Counted from the first letter of the stretch, positions 49,851-62,482 are shown. The stretch: DNA of 64,000 nucleotides from an uncultured Bradyrhizobium sp. (GCF_936943645.1 NZ_CAKZJO010000101.1:28127-92126); one strand, 5' to 3'. The notes: a model not told the origin generated them from the sequence alone. Translations and numbers: made by a program.

Positions 49851-51224
49851 ATGCCTTCTGTCTTCGAGACTTCATCCACCGCCATCCCGATCCTTTTCGT
49901 CACCAAATCGAGCTGGGATCATGTCGCCGAGCAGCTGCCGCCGCAGCAGCGGCAGTTCGCCACGGCATGTGCCTTTACCGCCAAGCCCGGCGCCTATCTG
50001 GCTCTGCCCGCGCCCGACGGCGCGGTAGCGCAGGTGCTGTTCGGCCTCGAAGACGAGGGCGCGCGGTCGCGTGATCTGTTCCGGCCCGGCGCCCTGCCCG
50101 CGCTGCTGCCGCCGGGCACTTATCGCTTTGCCAATGCACCGCACGATGTGCGGCTGGCGGCGCTCGCTTTTGCACTAGGGTGCTACCGCTTCGCGCGCTA
50201 CCGCAAGGCGGACAGGCCGGACGTCCGGCTGGTCCCGCCCAATGGCGTCGATGCAACCGAGCTCGAGCGGATCGCCGACGCCGCAATGCTCGCGCGCGAC
50301 CTCATCAACACCCCGTCCAACGACATGGGTCCGGAAGAGCTCGCCGCTGCCGCGCAAGCGCTGGCCGCCGAATTCGGAGCAAGCTTTGCCTGCACCATCG
50401 GCGACGAGCTGGAGAAACACTTCCCGCTGATCCACGCCGTCGGCATGGCCTCCAGCCGCGCACCGCGGCTGATCGACATCGGCTGGGGTGATCCTGCGCA
50501 TCCCAAGGTGACGCTGGTCGGCAAGGGCGTCTGCTTCGACACCGGCGGGCTCGACCTGAAGCCGTCGAGCGGCATGCTGATCATGAAGAAGGACATGGGC
50601 GGTGCCGCCAACGTGCTGGCGCTGGCGCGCATGGTGATGGATGCGAAGCTGAAGGTGCGGCTGCGCGTGCTGATCCCGGCGGTGGAGAACGCGGTTGCCG
50701 GCAACGCCTTCCGCCCGCTCGATATCTTCACCTCGCGCAAGGGCATCACAGTGGAGATCGGCAATACGGATGCGGAAGGCCGCCTGGTGCTGGCCGACGC
50801 GCTGGCGCTGGCCGACGAGGAAAAGCCCGACCTGCTGATCGATCTGGGCACGCTCACCGGTGCTGCGCGCGTCGCGCTGGGGCCGGATTTACCGCCCTTT
50901 TACACCAATGATGAGACGCTGGCCGCCGATGTCGCGCGTTGCGCGGCGAAGGAGAACGATCCGTTGTGGCGCATGCCGCTGTGGCCGCCTTACGATGCGT
51001 GGCTGGACTCCAAGACCGCCAACATAACCAACGCGCCGTCCGGCGGCTTTGCCGGCTCGATCACCTGCGCACTGTTCCTGCAACGCTTCGTCGAGCATGC
51101 CGGGAGCTGGCTGCATGTCGACATCTACGGCTGGACGCCGTCGGCCAAGCCTGCACGTCCCGAGGGCGGCGAGTGCCAGGCCGCGCGTGCCATCTATACA
51201 ATGCTGAGCGAGCGCTATGCATGA
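49851..51224 (+). CDS. M17 leucyl aminopeptidase family protein
   Basis: Contains VGKGVCFDTGGLDLKP and the signature NTDAEGRLVLADAL. Confidence 0.9.
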   Translation: MPSVFETSSTAIPILFVTKSSWDHVAEQLPPQQRQFATACAFTAKPGAYLALPAPDGAVAQVLFGLEDEGARSRDLFRPGALPALLPPGTYRFANAPHDVRLAALAFALGCYRFARYRKADRPDVRLVPPNGVDATELERIADAAMLARDLINTPSNDMGPEELAAAAQALAAEFGASFACTIGDELEKHFPLIHAVGMASSRAPRLIDIGWGDPAHPKVTLVGKGVCFDTGGLDLKPSSGMLIMKKDMGGAANVLALARMVMDAKLKVRLRVLIPAVENAVAGNAFRPLDIFTSRKGITVEIGNTDAEGRLVLADALALADEEKPDLLIDLGTLTGAARVALGPDLPPFYTNDETLAADVARCAAKENDPLWRMPLWPPYDAWLDSKTANITNAPSGGFAGSITCALFLQRFVEHAGSWLHVDIYGWTPSAKPARPEGGECQAARAIYTMLSERYA

Positions 51225-52071
51225 TCCAGGATACGATCCGCGAATAACGCCGGCACGGGGCGACCTCGCCGCGAAATATCTCGAAGGCCAAGTGCAGGCG
51301 GACCGCTTCGTCACCGGCGAGGAATTCGAGGTGGCCGAGCCGGTCGCGCCCGTGCGCGAGCAGCCGTCCTCGAACGCGATGCTGATGACGGAAGCGCTGC
51401 GCGGCGAGCGCGTCACGGTCTACGACCGCAACGGCGAGGGCTGGGCATGGGGCCAGCTCCATGGCGACGGCTATGTCGGCTGGCTGCCGGAAGCAGCGCT
51501 CGTGACGCCATCGGCTGCGCCAACTCACGTGATCAGCGCGCTCAGGACGTTTGCCTTCCCCGGCCCCTCCATCAAGCTGCCGCCGGCCGAGACGCTCGTG
51601 ATGGGATCGAAGCTCGCGGTGGCGCGCGAAGACGGCAGCTTCGCCATAACGCGCCACGGCAGATATCTGCCGAAGGCACATCTCGCCCCGCTCGATCATC
51701 GCGAACCGGATTTCGTCGCAGTCGCCGAGCGCTTCGTCGGCACGCCCTATCTCTGGGGCGGCAAGAGCAGTTTTGGCATCGATTGCTCGGGCCTGGTCCA
51801 GGTGTCGCTGACAGCTGCCGGGATCGGCTGCCCGCGCGACAGCGACATGCAGCTGACCGGACTCGGCCGCACACTGGAGCCTCATGAGCGAGGCAGCTTG
51901 CGGCGCGGCGATCTGATCTTCTGGAAGGGCCATGTCGCCATCGTGCGCGACGCCAGCACCATGGTCCACGCCAACGCGCATCACATGGCGACCGTGGTCG
52001 AGCCGATCGAGCCGGCCATTGCACGGATCAGGCAGGCTGGCAGCGAGGTTGTCGCGATCAAGCGGTTGTAG
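51217..52071 (+). CDS. NlpC/P60 (C40) peptidase with N-terminal SH3b-like domains
   Basis: The catalytic Cys context is GKSSFGIDCSGLVQ, followed by the His context GHVAIV. It overlaps the M17 gene by 8 nt. Confidence 0.85.
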   Translation: MHDPGYDPRITPARGDLAAKYLEGQVQADRFVTGEEFEVAEPVAPVREQPSSNAMLMTEALRGERVTVYDRNGEGWAWGQLHGDGYVGWLPEAALVTPSAAPTHVISALRTFAFPGPSIKLPPAETLVMGSKLAVAREDGSFAITRHGRYLPKAHLAPLDHREPDFVAVAERFVGTPYLWGGKSSFGIDCSGLVQVSLTAAGIGCPRDSDMQLTGLGRTLEPHERGSLRRGDLIFWKGHVAIVRDASTMVHANAHHMATVVEPIEPAIARIRQAGSEVVAIKRL

Positions 52072-52077
52072 CGGGGC

Positions 52078-53715
<1,638 letters not shown>

Positions 53716-53719
53716 GACC

Positions 53720-54898
53720 TTACCTGAACGTCTTGCGCGGATCGAAGGCGTCGCGCACCGCTTCGCCGATGAAGATCAGCAGCGACAGCATGATCGCGAC
53801 CGAGAAGAATCCGGTGAAGCCGAGCCACGGCGCCTGCACATTGGCCTTGGCCTGCGACAGGAGCTCGCCGAGCGAGGGCGAGCCCGGCGGCAGGCCGAAA
53901 CCGAGGAAGTCCAGCGCCGTCAGGGTCATCACCGATGAGGAGATGATGAACGGCAGGAAAGTCATGGTCGCGACCATCGCGTTCGGCAGGAGATGCCGGA
54001 ACATGATGACCTTGTTCGACACGCCCAGCGCGCGTGCAGCCTGGATGTACTCGAAATTCCGCCCGCGCAGGAATTCCGCGCGAACGACCCCGACGAGAGA
54101 GACCCAGGAAAACAGCAGCATGATGCCGAGCAGGACGAAGAAGCCCGGCACCAGCACCGACGAAATGATGAGAAGCAGATAGAGATACGGAATCGCGCCC
54201 CAGATCTCGATGAAGCGCTGGAAGATGAGATCGACCCAGCCGCCGAAATAGCCCTGGATGCCCCCGGCAGCAACACCGACAATCGAAGACACGATGGTGA
54301 GGCAGAGGCCGAACAGCACCGAGATGCGGAAGCCGTAGATCAGCCGCGCCACCACGTCGCGGCCCTGATCGTCGGTCCCGAGCCAGTTATATTCGAGGTC
54401 GCGGCAGCTCTTCAGCCCCTTCTTCTCCACCACCGGCTTGCACTGCGCTTCCGTCAGCATCCAGGTCGGCCGCGACGGCGCCGGCGTCGGCAGGTCGAGA
54501 TTATGGGTGTCGTAGGAATAGCGGATCAAAGGCCAGACGATGGTGCCGTTCTTGTCCTTGATCAGCTTCTGCAGATAGGGGTCGCGGTAGTCGGCCGCGG
54601 TTTCGAAGTCGCCGCCGAAGGTGGTTTCCGAATAGGTCACGAAGGCGGGCCAATAGAGGCGGCCGTCGAACTTGATCAGGAAGGGCCGATCGTTGGCGAT
54701 CAGCTCGGCGAACAGCGACACCACGAACAGGAGAATGAAGATCCAGAACGACCAGTAGCCGCGGCGGTTCGCCTTGAAGTTCTGCCAGCGCCGCTTGTTG
54801 AGCGGCGACGGCGCGAACGGCTTGCGCGTGATCGGCGCGGTCGCACCGAGCGGCGAGCTGGTGGTGGTTTCGATCGGGGTCGGAGCGGTCAGCGTCAT
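53720..54898 (-). CDS. yejE: Peptide ABC transporter permease (YejE-like)
   Basis: It starts MTLTAPTPIE. It contains NWLGTDDQGRDVVARLIYGFRIS and a DppC-type core. Its ATG overlaps the yejB stop as ATGA. Confidence 0.9.
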   Translation of the reverse strand: MTLTAPTPIETTTSSPLGATAPITRKPFAPSPLNKRRWQNFKANRRGYWSFWIFILLFVVSLFAELIANDRPFLIKFDGRLYWPAFVTYSETTFGGDFETAADYRDPYLQKLIKDKNGTIVWPLIRYSYDTHNLDLPTPAPSRPTWMLTEAQCKPVVEKKGLKSCRDLEYNWLGTDDQGRDVVARLIYGFRISVLFGLCLTIVSSIVGVAAGGIQGYFGGWVDLIFQRFIEIWGAIPYLYLLLIISSVLVPGFFVLLGIMLLFSWVSLVGVVRAEFLRGRNFEYIQAARALGVSNKVIMFRHLLPNAMVATMTFLPFIISSSVMTLTALDFLGFGLPPGSPSLGELLSQAKANVQAPWLGFTGFFSVAIMLSLLIFIGEAVRDAFDPRKTFR

Positions 54899-56007
54899 CA
54901 GACCTCCCGCGCCGCGAAATCGATCCGCGGATCGATCCACATATAGGTGAGATCCGAGATCAGGTTCATGATGAGGCCGATGAGCGCATAGATATAGAGC
55001 GTGCCGAACACCACGGGATAGTCGCGATTGAGCACGCTCTCGAAGCCGAGCAGGCCGAGCCCATCGAGGGAAAAGATGGTTTCGATCAGCAGCGAGCCCG
55101 AGATGAAGGCATGAACGAAGGCGCCCGGGAAGCCGGCCACGACGATCAGCATCGCGTTGCGAAAGACATGGCCGTACAGCACCTGCCGCTCGCTGCAGCC
55201 CTTGGCACGTGCGGTCATGACATATTGTTTGCGTATCTCGTCCAGGAACGAGTTCTTGGTGAGAAGCGTCATGGTCGCGAAAGCGCCGAGGGCCATCGAC
55301 AACAGCGGCAGCGTGATGTGCCAGAAATAGTCGAGGATCTTCCAGTACCAGGGGAATTGCGACCAGCCGTCCGAGGTCAGCCCCCGCAGCGGGAACCAGT
55401 TGAGGAAGGAGCCGCCAGCAAACAGAATGATCAGGAGGATCGCGAACAGAAACCCGGGAATGGCGTAGCCGACGATGATGATCGCCGAGGTCCAGGTGTC
55501 GAAGCGCGTCCCGTCCTTCACGGCCTTGCGGATGCCGAGCGGAATCGAGATCAGGTAGGTGAGCAAGGTCAGCCATAGCCCGAGCGAGATCGAGACCGGC
55601 AGCTTCTCCTTCATGAGCTGAAGCACGCTGACATCGCGGAAATAGCTCTTGCCGAAATCGAAGCGGGCGAAATTCCACACCATCAGCGCGAAGCGCTCGG
55701 GTGCCGGCTTGTCGAAGCCGAACTGCACCTCGAGCTTCTTGATGAAATCAGGATCGAGCCCCTGCGCGCCGCGATATTTCGAGTTGACGGCGTCCCCGCC
55801 GGCGCCGACTTGTCCCGGCGCGCGCTGCGCAAAGTCGCCGCCGCCCGAAATGCGCGAGGTGCCGCCGGTGTCGGCGCCCGAGAGCTGCGCGATCACGCGT
55901 TCGACCGGGCCGCCCGGCGCGAATTGCACCACGACGAAGGAGACGAAGAGGATCCCGAGCAGGGTTGGGATCATCAGGAGGAGACGGCGGGCGATATAGG
56001 CGCTCAT
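54898..56007 (-). CDS. yejB: Peptide ABC transporter permease (YejB-like)
   Basis: It has the DppB-type N-terminus MSAYIARRLLLMIPTLLGILFVSFVVVQFAPGGPVE and contains YVMTARAKG. Confidence 0.9.
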   Translation of the reverse strand: MSAYIARRLLLMIPTLLGILFVSFVVVQFAPGGPVERVIAQLSGADTGGTSRISGGGDFAQRAPGQVGAGGDAVNSKYRGAQGLDPDFIKKLEVQFGFDKPAPERFALMVWNFARFDFGKSYFRDVSVLQLMKEKLPVSISLGLWLTLLTYLISIPLGIRKAVKDGTRFDTWTSAIIIVGYAIPGFLFAILLIILFAGGSFLNWFPLRGLTSDGWSQFPWYWKILDYFWHITLPLLSMALGAFATMTLLTKNSFLDEIRKQYVMTARAKGCSERQVLYGHVFRNAMLIVVAGFPGAFVHAFISGSLLIETIFSLDGLGLLGFESVLNRDYPVVFGTLYIYALIGLIMNLISDLTYMWIDPRIDFAAREV

Positions 56008-56009
56008 GA

Positions 56010-57896
56010 TTATTTCGCCCGCTCGAGCTTGGCCGCCTTGGCGCGGTCGGACCACCAGATTTCGGGGGCGCCGACGCCATTGGCGTAACGCGGCAGCTTC
56101 TCCGGACGGCCGAACTGGTCCCAGTAGGCCAGCCGGTGCGTCTTGGCGTACCACTGCGGCACCCAATAGCGGCCGGCGCGGAACAGACGGTCGAAGGCGC
56201 GGCAGGCCGTGGTCAATTCTTCGCGGCTGTCGGCCGCCATGATCTTCTCGATCATGGCATCGATCGCCGGGCTTGCGACGCCGGCCAGATTGTACGAGCC
56301 CTTGGTGGCCGCGACCTGCGACGAGAAGAACGCGCGCATGGCATCGCCGGGCGTTGCCGACATGCTGAAGCGCTGGATCGTCATGTCGAAGTCGAAATCT
56401 TCCACGCGCGCGCGATATTGCACGGCATCGACGAGGCGGAGGCTTGCCTCGATGCCGAGCGTGCCCAGATTCTTGATATACGGCGCGTGATGCGGCTGAA
56501 GCGAGGGCTCCTCCGCCAGGAATTCGATCTTGAACACCTCTCCGCTCGGCAGCATTCGCTTGCCATCCTTGATCGGAAAGCCGGCGTCGTTGAGCAGCTG
56601 CTGCGACTTGCGCAAGAGAGCGCGGTCCTGCCCCGACCCGTCGGAAACCGGGGGCGTGAAGGGCGCAGCGAACACTTCGTCGGGAATCTGGCCACGGAAG
56701 GGCTCGAGCAGCTTCAGCTCCTCCGGTGACGGAGGCCCGCCGCTCGCCATCAGATCAGAATTCTGGAACGGCGACACCGTACGGGCATAAGCGCCGTACA
56801 TGATGGTCTTGTTGGTCCACTCGAAGTCGAAGGCATTGATCAAGGCCTCGCGTACGCGGGGGTCTTTGAATTTGTCTCGCCGCGTGTTGATGAACCAGCC
56901 CTGCGCGCCGGAGGGCGTATCGTCGGGCACGACCTCCATCTTGACACGACCGTCCTTCACAGCCGCGAAGTCATAGCGCGTCGCCCAAATGCGGGAGGTG
57001 AACTCCTCGCGATAAAGATAGTTCTTGCCGGTGAACCCCTCGAAAGCGACATCGCGGTCGCGATAGAACTCATAGCGCACGACATCGAAATTATAGGTAC
57101 CGCGGCAGGGCGGCAGATCGGCGGCCCACCAGTCCTTCACCCGCTCATACTCGATGTAGCGATTGACTTCGAACTTGCCGACTTTGTAGGGACCCGAGCC
57201 CAACGGGGTCTCAAGAGACGATTCATCGAAGGGCCGGGTCGCATAATACGCCTTGGAGAAGATCGGCAAGCTCGCGGCATAGAGCGGCACATCGCGCGCC
57301 CGCCCCTTGGCGAAGGTGACAACGAGCGTCGCATCGTCGAGAGCCTCGGCGCTGACCATGTCGCGCAGCTGCACGATGATCAGCGGATGTCCCTTGGTCT
57401 TCAGCGCGGTCAGCGAAAACGCCGCATCGCGGGCGGTGAGCTTCGTACCGTCGTGGAATTTCGCCTCCGGCCGCATCGTGAAGCGATAGACCAGCTTGTC
57501 CGGCGATATCCGCACCGATTTGGCGGCAAGCCCGTATATCGCATCGGGCTCGTCGTTCGCGCGCACCATCAGCGGCGCGAAAGTCATATCCATGCCCTGC
57601 GCGCCGTCCCCCTTCAGGATGAAGGCGTTGAGCGAGTTGAAAGTCTGGTAGGACTGGTTATAGGCGCGCACCGAGGGGATCAGCGAGAACGCACCGCCCT
57701 TCGGCGCATCGAGATTGACGTAGTCGAAGTGGTGGAAGTCGGCGGGATATTTCAGATCGCCGAACGCCGAAATGCCGTGAGCCTCGCTTCCGGCCTCCGA
57801 TGCATGCGCGACACGTAACGACTGCACGCCCAGCGACACCCCAAGGGTGCCGCCGGCACCGAGGGCCAGCACATGGCGGCGTGACATCTGCGTCAT
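56010..57896 (-). CDS. yejA: Extracellular solute-binding protein family 5 (YejA-like), copy proximal to the permeases
   Basis: It has a Tat-like leader MSRRHVLALGAGG. It contains KYPADFHHFDYVNLDAPKGG and WYAKTHRLAYWDQFGRPEKLP. The start is 57896 or 57887. Confidence 0.85.
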   Translation of the reverse strand: MTQMSRRHVLALGAGGTLGVSLGVQSLRVAHASEAGSEAHGISAFGDLKYPADFHHFDYVNLDAPKGGAFSLIPSVRAYNQSYQTFNSLNAFILKGDGAQGMDMTFAPLMVRANDEPDAIYGLAAKSVRISPDKLVYRFTMRPEAKFHDGTKLTARDAAFSLTALKTKGHPLIIVQLRDMVSAEALDDATLVVTFAKGRARDVPLYAASLPIFSKAYYATRPFDESSLETPLGSGPYKVGKFEVNRYIEYERVKDWWAADLPPCRGTYNFDVVRYEFYRDRDVAFEGFTGKNYLYREEFTSRIWATRYDFAAVKDGRVKMEVVPDDTPSGAQGWFINTRRDKFKDPRVREALINAFDFEWTNKTIMYGAYARTVSPFQNSDLMASGGPPSPEELKLLEPFRGQIPDEVFAAPFTPPVSDGSGQDRALLRKSQQLLNDAGFPIKDGKRMLPSGEVFKIEFLAEEPSLQPHHAPYIKNLGTLGIEASLRLVDAVQYRARVEDFDFDMTIQRFSMSATPGDAMRAFFSSQVAATKGSYNLAGVASPAIDAMIEKIMAADSREELTTACRAFDRLFRAGRYWVPQWYAKTHRLAYWDQFGRPEKLPRYANGVGAPEIWWSDRAKAAKLERAK

Positions 57897-57910
57897 GCGG
57901 GGACTATCCT

Positions 57911-59899
57911 TCACGACTTCTTTGCGATCCGCGCCGCCTTGTCTGCGTCGTACCACCAGATGAACGGGAAACCGGACTGACCGTATTTGGGCAATTCGGC
58001 CGGCCGACCGAAGCGATCCCAGCGCGCGGTGCGCACCTTGTTGTAGGTCCACTGCGGCACGACGTAGTGATTCCACAGCAGCACACGGTCCAGCGCCCTG
58101 GTGGCCGCGACGAGATCATCTCGATCGGTCGCGTAGATCAACCGCTCGATCAGCTTGTCGACGGCCGGATTCTTGATGCCGGCAATGTTGCGCGAGCCGG
58201 CGATATCCGCTGTCTTGGACGACCAGAACTCGCGCTGCTCGTTGCCCGGCGACTGCGACTCGCCCCACGAGTTGGTGACGATGTCGAAATCCCACTCGCG
58301 CGTCCTGTTCTCATACTGGGTCGGGTCGACCGACCGCACGCTGACGGCAATGCCGAGCCGCTCCAGGGACGGCTTGTAGAACAGCGTGATCCGCTCGAAG
58401 CTCGGATCCGAATTGAGCAATTCGAGGGAGAACTGGGTGCCGGTCTTGACGTCGGTCAGCTTGCGGTCGCGCACCTCATAGCCGGCCTCCTTGAACAGGC
58501 GCAGCGCCTCGCGCAGATTGTCGCGCACGGCTTCCGGGCTGCCGCCGACCGGATTGCTGTAGGGTGTGGTGAAGACTTCGGGCGGGACCTGGGCGCGGAC
58601 GGTCTCGAGGATCTCGAGCTCCTTGCCCTGCGGCAAGCCGGTGGCCATGAGCTCGTCGATGCCGTCGAAATAGCTGCTGATGCGCTTGTACTGGCCGAAG
58701 AAGATCTGCTTGTTCATCTCCTCGAAGTCGAACGCATAGTTGAGCGCACGCCGCACGCGGGGATCACTGAACTTGGCACGGCGCAAATTCGGCACGAAGG
58801 CCTGCATCACGCCCGAGCTGCGATTGGCGAACTCCTCGAGGATCACGCGCTTTTCGCTCACGGCCGGGAAGTCGTAGGCGGTCGCCCAGCTCTTCGCGCT
58901 GTTCTCGGTACGCCAATCGACCTGGTCGGCCTTGAAAGCCTCGATCGCCACGGTGGCGTCGCGGAAATATTCGTAGCGCAGCTCGTCGAAATTGTTGCGG
59001 CCGACATTGGCAGGCAGGTCGCGGCCCCAATAGTCCTTGACGCGCTCCAGCGCGATCGAGCGTCCTGCAACGAAGTCCTTGATCTTGTAGGGGCCCGAGC
59101 CCAGCGGCACTTCGAGCGTGGTGGTGGAGACATCGCGCTTGCGGCCCTGCGCGTCCGTCCCTTCCCACCAGTGCTTCGGCAGCACGATGAGCTGCCCGAC
59201 GATCTGCGGCAGTTCGCGATTGCCCGGCGCGTCGAACACGAACTTCACCTCGCGCTCACCGACCTTCTCGGCCTTCACCACATGGCTGTAATAGGCCGAG
59301 TACATCGGGTGGTGCTTCTTGAAGGAATCGAGCGAGAAGATCACGTCATCCGCAGTGACCGGCTTGCCGTCGTGCCATTTGGCTTGCGGCCGCAAGCGGT
59401 AAGTCACGAAGGAGAAATCATCCGGATGGCTGACGGCCTCGGCCAGCGCGCCGTACTCGGTCGAGACCTCGTCGAGCGCGGCCGTCGTGAGAGATTCGTA
59501 AATGAAGGCGACCGCACCGGCGACCTGCCCCTTCACGCCTGACACCACGATGTTGAAATTGTCGAAGGTGCCGACGGCGATCTGGCGGGCGACGCCGCCT
59601 TTGGGCGCGTCCGGATTGACGTAGTCGAAGCGCTTGAAGTCGGCGGGATATTTGACCTTGCCGAACAGCGACAGCGCATGGCGCCACGGCAGCTCATTGG
59701 CTGATTGCGCCTGCGCCGCACCGACGATGGGGAGCCCCGCTACGGAACCGAGGACGGGAAGCGCTGCGACAGCAGTGCCGGTGAGCAGGAGATCGCGTCG
59801 GGTAATGGCCAAATCAACATCCCTGTCTGGAAGGAGGGTCACTCCTTTAAGTTCCCAATATAGGCGAGGTTTCGACCGAATATGTTGCTTTTTCCTCAT
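57911..59899 (-). CDS. yejA: Extracellular solute-binding protein family 5 (YejA-like), promoter-proximal paralogue
   Basis: It contains KYPADFKRFDYVNPDAPKGG and WTYNKVRTARWDRFGRPAELP. The Tat motif is ITRRDLLL. The start is uncertain: ATG 59899, or TTG 59812, which is preceded by AGGGA and would give the product MAITRRDLLL. Confidence 0.8.
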   Translation of the reverse strand: MRKKQHIRSKPRLYWELKGVTLLPDRDVDLAITRRDLLLTGTAVAALPVLGSVAGLPIVGAAQAQSANELPWRHALSLFGKVKYPADFKRFDYVNPDAPKGGVARQIAVGTFDNFNIVVSGVKGQVAGAVAFIYESLTTAALDEVSTEYGALAEAVSHPDDFSFVTYRLRPQAKWHDGKPVTADDVIFSLDSFKKHHPMYSAYYSHVVKAEKVGEREVKFVFDAPGNRELPQIVGQLIVLPKHWWEGTDAQGRKRDVSTTTLEVPLGSGPYKIKDFVAGRSIALERVKDYWGRDLPANVGRNNFDELRYEYFRDATVAIEAFKADQVDWRTENSAKSWATAYDFPAVSEKRVILEEFANRSSGVMQAFVPNLRRAKFSDPRVRRALNYAFDFEEMNKQIFFGQYKRISSYFDGIDELMATGLPQGKELEILETVRAQVPPEVFTTPYSNPVGGSPEAVRDNLREALRLFKEAGYEVRDRKLTDVKTGTQFSLELLNSDPSFERITLFYKPSLERLGIAVSVRSVDPTQYENRTREWDFDIVTNSWGESQSPGNEQREFWSSKTADIAGSRNIAGIKNPAVDKLIERLIYATDRDDLVAATRALDRVLLWNHYVVPQWTYNKVRTARWDRFGRPAELPKYGQSGFPFIWWYDADKAARIAKKS

Positions 59900-59973
59900 C
59901 TTGGAAGGCCGGCTAGCCTGTCGGATGCGGCCAAACGCCCCGATAACGTCATCGCGAGGCCCGGATAAGGAAA

Positions 59974-59997
59974 CGGCCAGGCTTCTCAGCCTGGCCG
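59974..59997 (-). terminator. Terminator after cycM
   Basis: The hairpin cggccaggc-ttctca-gcctggccg is followed on the minus strand by tttcctt. Confidence 0.5.
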
Positions 59998-60024
59998 CAT
60001 ATTCCAAGACAGGTTCTTGAAGCC

Positions 60025-60579
60025 TTACTTCGACGCGGTCGGCAACGGCTGCGGATGCTCCGACAGCGAGTTCAGATAGGCAATGACGTCGGCACGCTCG
60101 GAATCCTTGGGGATACCGGCGAAGCCCATCGCGGTGCCCGGGATGAAGCCCTTCGGATTGGCGATGAACTTGTTGAGGTCGTCGAACGACCAGGTGCCGC
60201 CCTTGGCCTTCATGGCAGCCGAGAAGTTGAAGCCGTTGCGGCCTTCACCCCTTGCCTCGCCGACGACGCCATAGAGGTTCGGACCGACGCGATTCGGGCC
60301 GCCCTTTTCGAAGGTGTGGCAAGCGCCGCACTTCTTGGCGGCCGCAGCACCCTTCTCGACGGAGGCGGTCTGGAGCAGCTTTTCGATGGGCTCGGAGGGG
60401 GCGGCAGCGGCAGCGCCTTCCTTGCCGTGGCCGGCCTCTTCCTTGACGGCGATCTCGAAGCCCGGCTTTTCCGGCATCTTGGGCGAGAACAGCGCGCTCG
60501 CGGTGAAGCTCGTCACCAGCAGAATGAGACAGGTGCCGAGCACGGCACCGAGAATTTTATTGAGTTCGAAAGAGTCCAT
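60025..60579 (-). CDS. cycM: Membrane-anchored mitochondrial-type cytochrome c
   Basis: It has the anchor [25 protein letters not shown] and the heme motif CGACH in [24 protein letters not shown]. It was trimmed to ATG 60579. Confidence 0.8.
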   Translation of the reverse strand: MDSFELNKILGAVLGTCLILLVTSFTASALFSPKMPEKPGFEIAVKEEAGHGKEGAAAAAPSEPIEKLLQTASVEKGAAAAKKCGACHTFEKGGPNRVGPNLYGVVGEARGEGRNGFNFSAAMKAKGGTWSFDDLNKFIANPKGFIPGTAMGFAGIPKDSERADVIAYLNSLSEHPQPLPTASK

Positions 60580-60813
60580 TTCCGGCCAGGCCCCACACCG
60601 CAAGAAGGATCGAGCGGCCGGGCGGCCGCCAGGACGAGCCTCGGGAGAATCAATCGTTCCCTATTGTTTCCCCGAGTTTTGCCATTGAGATATCGGTTTG
60701 CCCGGGGTCTGGCAACCCGTATAAGCGACCCCGCTTGCGGCCCGTCCCCACTCCATTTCTCGGCGCGGAAAACGCCCTGTTTCCAGGCTCTTGACCCCAG
60801 ACCTTTGGACCCA

Positions 60814-61554
60814 ATGATCGATCCTCGCATCCTGGTGCTGATCCCGGCCCGCATGGCCGCCACCCGCCTGCCCGGCAAGCCGCTCGCCGATATCGCGGGC
60901 CTGCCGATGATCGTCCATGTGATGCGCCGCGCCGAGGCTGCCGCCATCGGCCGGGTCGCGGTTGCGACCGACACGCCTGAGATCGCCTCGGTCGTGACGG
61001 CCCATGGCGGCGAAGCCGTGATGACCAGATCCGACCATCCGTCGGGCTCAGATCGCATCCACGAGGCCATGCAGAAGCTCGACCCCGAGGGCAAGGCCGA
61101 GATCGTGATCAACCTGCAGGGCGACTTTCCAACCATCACGCCGCAGACCATCCGCGAGGTGCTGCCGCCGTTCGACGACCCTGGCGTCGACATCGTGACG
61201 CTGGCCTCGCAGATCCACACCGAGGAGGAGGATCTTGCGCCCAGCGTCGTGAAGGCCGTGGGTTCACCGATCGGGCCGCGGCGGCTGCGGGCACTTTATT
61301 TTACCCGCGCCACGGCGCCTTACGGCAACGGACCGCGTTACCATCACATCGGCCTCTATGCTTACCGCCGTGCCGCGCTGGAGCGATTCGTGTCGCTGCC
61401 GCCCTCGCCCCTGGAACGCCAGGAAAGCCTGGAGCAATTGCGGGCGGTCGAAGCCGGCATGCGCATCGACATCATGATTGTCGACAGCGTGCCCCGCGGC
61501 GTCGACACGCCGCCCGATCTCGAAACCGCCCGCAGCATCCTTTCCAAATCCTGA
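60814..61554 (+). CDS. kdsB: 3-deoxy-manno-octulosonate cytidylyltransferase
   Basis: Sequence [36 protein letters not shown]...SGSDRI...NLQGD. Confidence 0.9.
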   Translation: MIDPRILVLIPARMAATRLPGKPLADIAGLPMIVHVMRRAEAAAIGRVAVATDTPEIASVVTAHGGEAVMTRSDHPSGSDRIHEAMQKLDPEGKAEIVINLQGDFPTITPQTIREVLPPFDDPGVDIVTLASQIHTEEEDLAPSVVKAVGSPIGPRRLRALYFTRATAPYGNGPRYHHIGLYAYRRAALERFVSLPPSPLERQESLEQLRAVEAGMRIDIMIVDSVPRGVDTPPDLETARSILSKS

Positions 61555-61591
61555 GCGGCTGCTACAAGGCGCCGCAGGAGCCATTCGAGAC

Positions 61592-62452
61592 ATGACCAAG
61601 CTGAAGATCGCATTCCAGGGCGAGCCCGGAGCCAATTCCCACATCGCCATCGTAGAGGCCTATCCCGACGCCGAGCCGATGCCCTGCGCCACCTTCGAGG
61701 ACGCGCTGTCGGCGATCTCGTCGGGCGAGGCCGATCTCGGCATGATCCCGATCGAGAATTCGGTCGCCGGCCGCGTCGCCGACATCCATCATCTGTTGCC
61801 GGCCTCCGGCCTCTTCATCATCGGCGAATGGTTTCTCCCCGTCCGGCATCAACTGATGGCGATCAAGGGGACCAAGCTCGAAGACATCAAGAGCGTCGAG
61901 AGCCATGTGCACGCGCTCGGCCAGTGCCGCCGCATCATCCGCAAGCTCGGCATCAAGGGAATCGTGCATGCCGACACCGCCGGCAGCGCCCGCGATATCT
62001 CGGAACGCAATGACAAGACGGTGGCCGCGATCGCCTCGCGCCTTGCTGCCAAGATCTATGGCCTCGACATTCTCGCCGAGGACATCGAGGACGAGTCGCA
62101 CAACACCACGCGCTTCGTGGTGCTGGCGCGCGAGCCGAAATGGGCGGCGCAAGGCTCCGGCCCGCTGGTCACCACGTTTGTCTTCCGCGTGCGCAATTTG
62201 CCGGCCGCCCTCTACAAGGCCCTCGGCGGCTTTGCCACCAATGGCGTCAACATGACCAAGCTCGAGAGCTACATGGTCGACGGCAATTTCTTCGCCACGC
62301 AGTTTTATGCCGACGTCGACGGCCACCCCGAGGACAAGGGCCTTGCGTTTGCGATTGAGGAGCTGAAGTTCTTCTCGCGCGAATTCCGCATCGTCGGCGT
62401 CTATCCTGGCCATCCCTTCCGCGCGACGTTCAGCGAGTCGCAGCAGGATTGA
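61592..62452 (+). CDS. pheA: Prephenate dehydratase
   Basis: Contains IAFQGEPGANSH and IPIENSVAGRV, the TRF motif (NTTRFVVL) and a C-terminal ACT domain. Confidence 0.9.
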   Translation: MTKLKIAFQGEPGANSHIAIVEAYPDAEPMPCATFEDALSAISSGEADLGMIPIENSVAGRVADIHHLLPASGLFIIGEWFLPVRHQLMAIKGTKLEDIKSVESHVHALGQCRRIIRKLGIKGIVHADTAGSARDISERNDKTVAAIASRLAAKIYGLDILAEDIEDESHNTTRFVVLAREPKWAAQGSGPLVTTFVFRVRNLPAALYKALGGFATNGVNMTKLESYMVDGNFFATQFYADVDGHPEDKGLAFAIEELKFFSREFRIVGVYPGHPFRATFSESQQD

Positions 62453-62458
62453 TTGCCA

Positions 62459-62478
62459 CCCTCCCCGGAGGGGGAGGG
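62459..62478. terminator. G/C-run hairpin (ccctcccc-ggag-ggggaggg) between the convergent pheA and oxidoreductase genes
   Basis: Its 8-bp perfect stem is the same arm sequence as the hairpin at 5041-5066. It is probably both a REP member and a bidirectional terminator. Confidence 0.5.
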
Positions 62479-62482
62479 TAAG

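Noticed and set aside
57800-59542. 580-aa plus-strand ORF opposite the promoter-proximal yejA paralogue
   Set aside because: It is an antisense shadow of a clear family-5 solute-binding protein gene.
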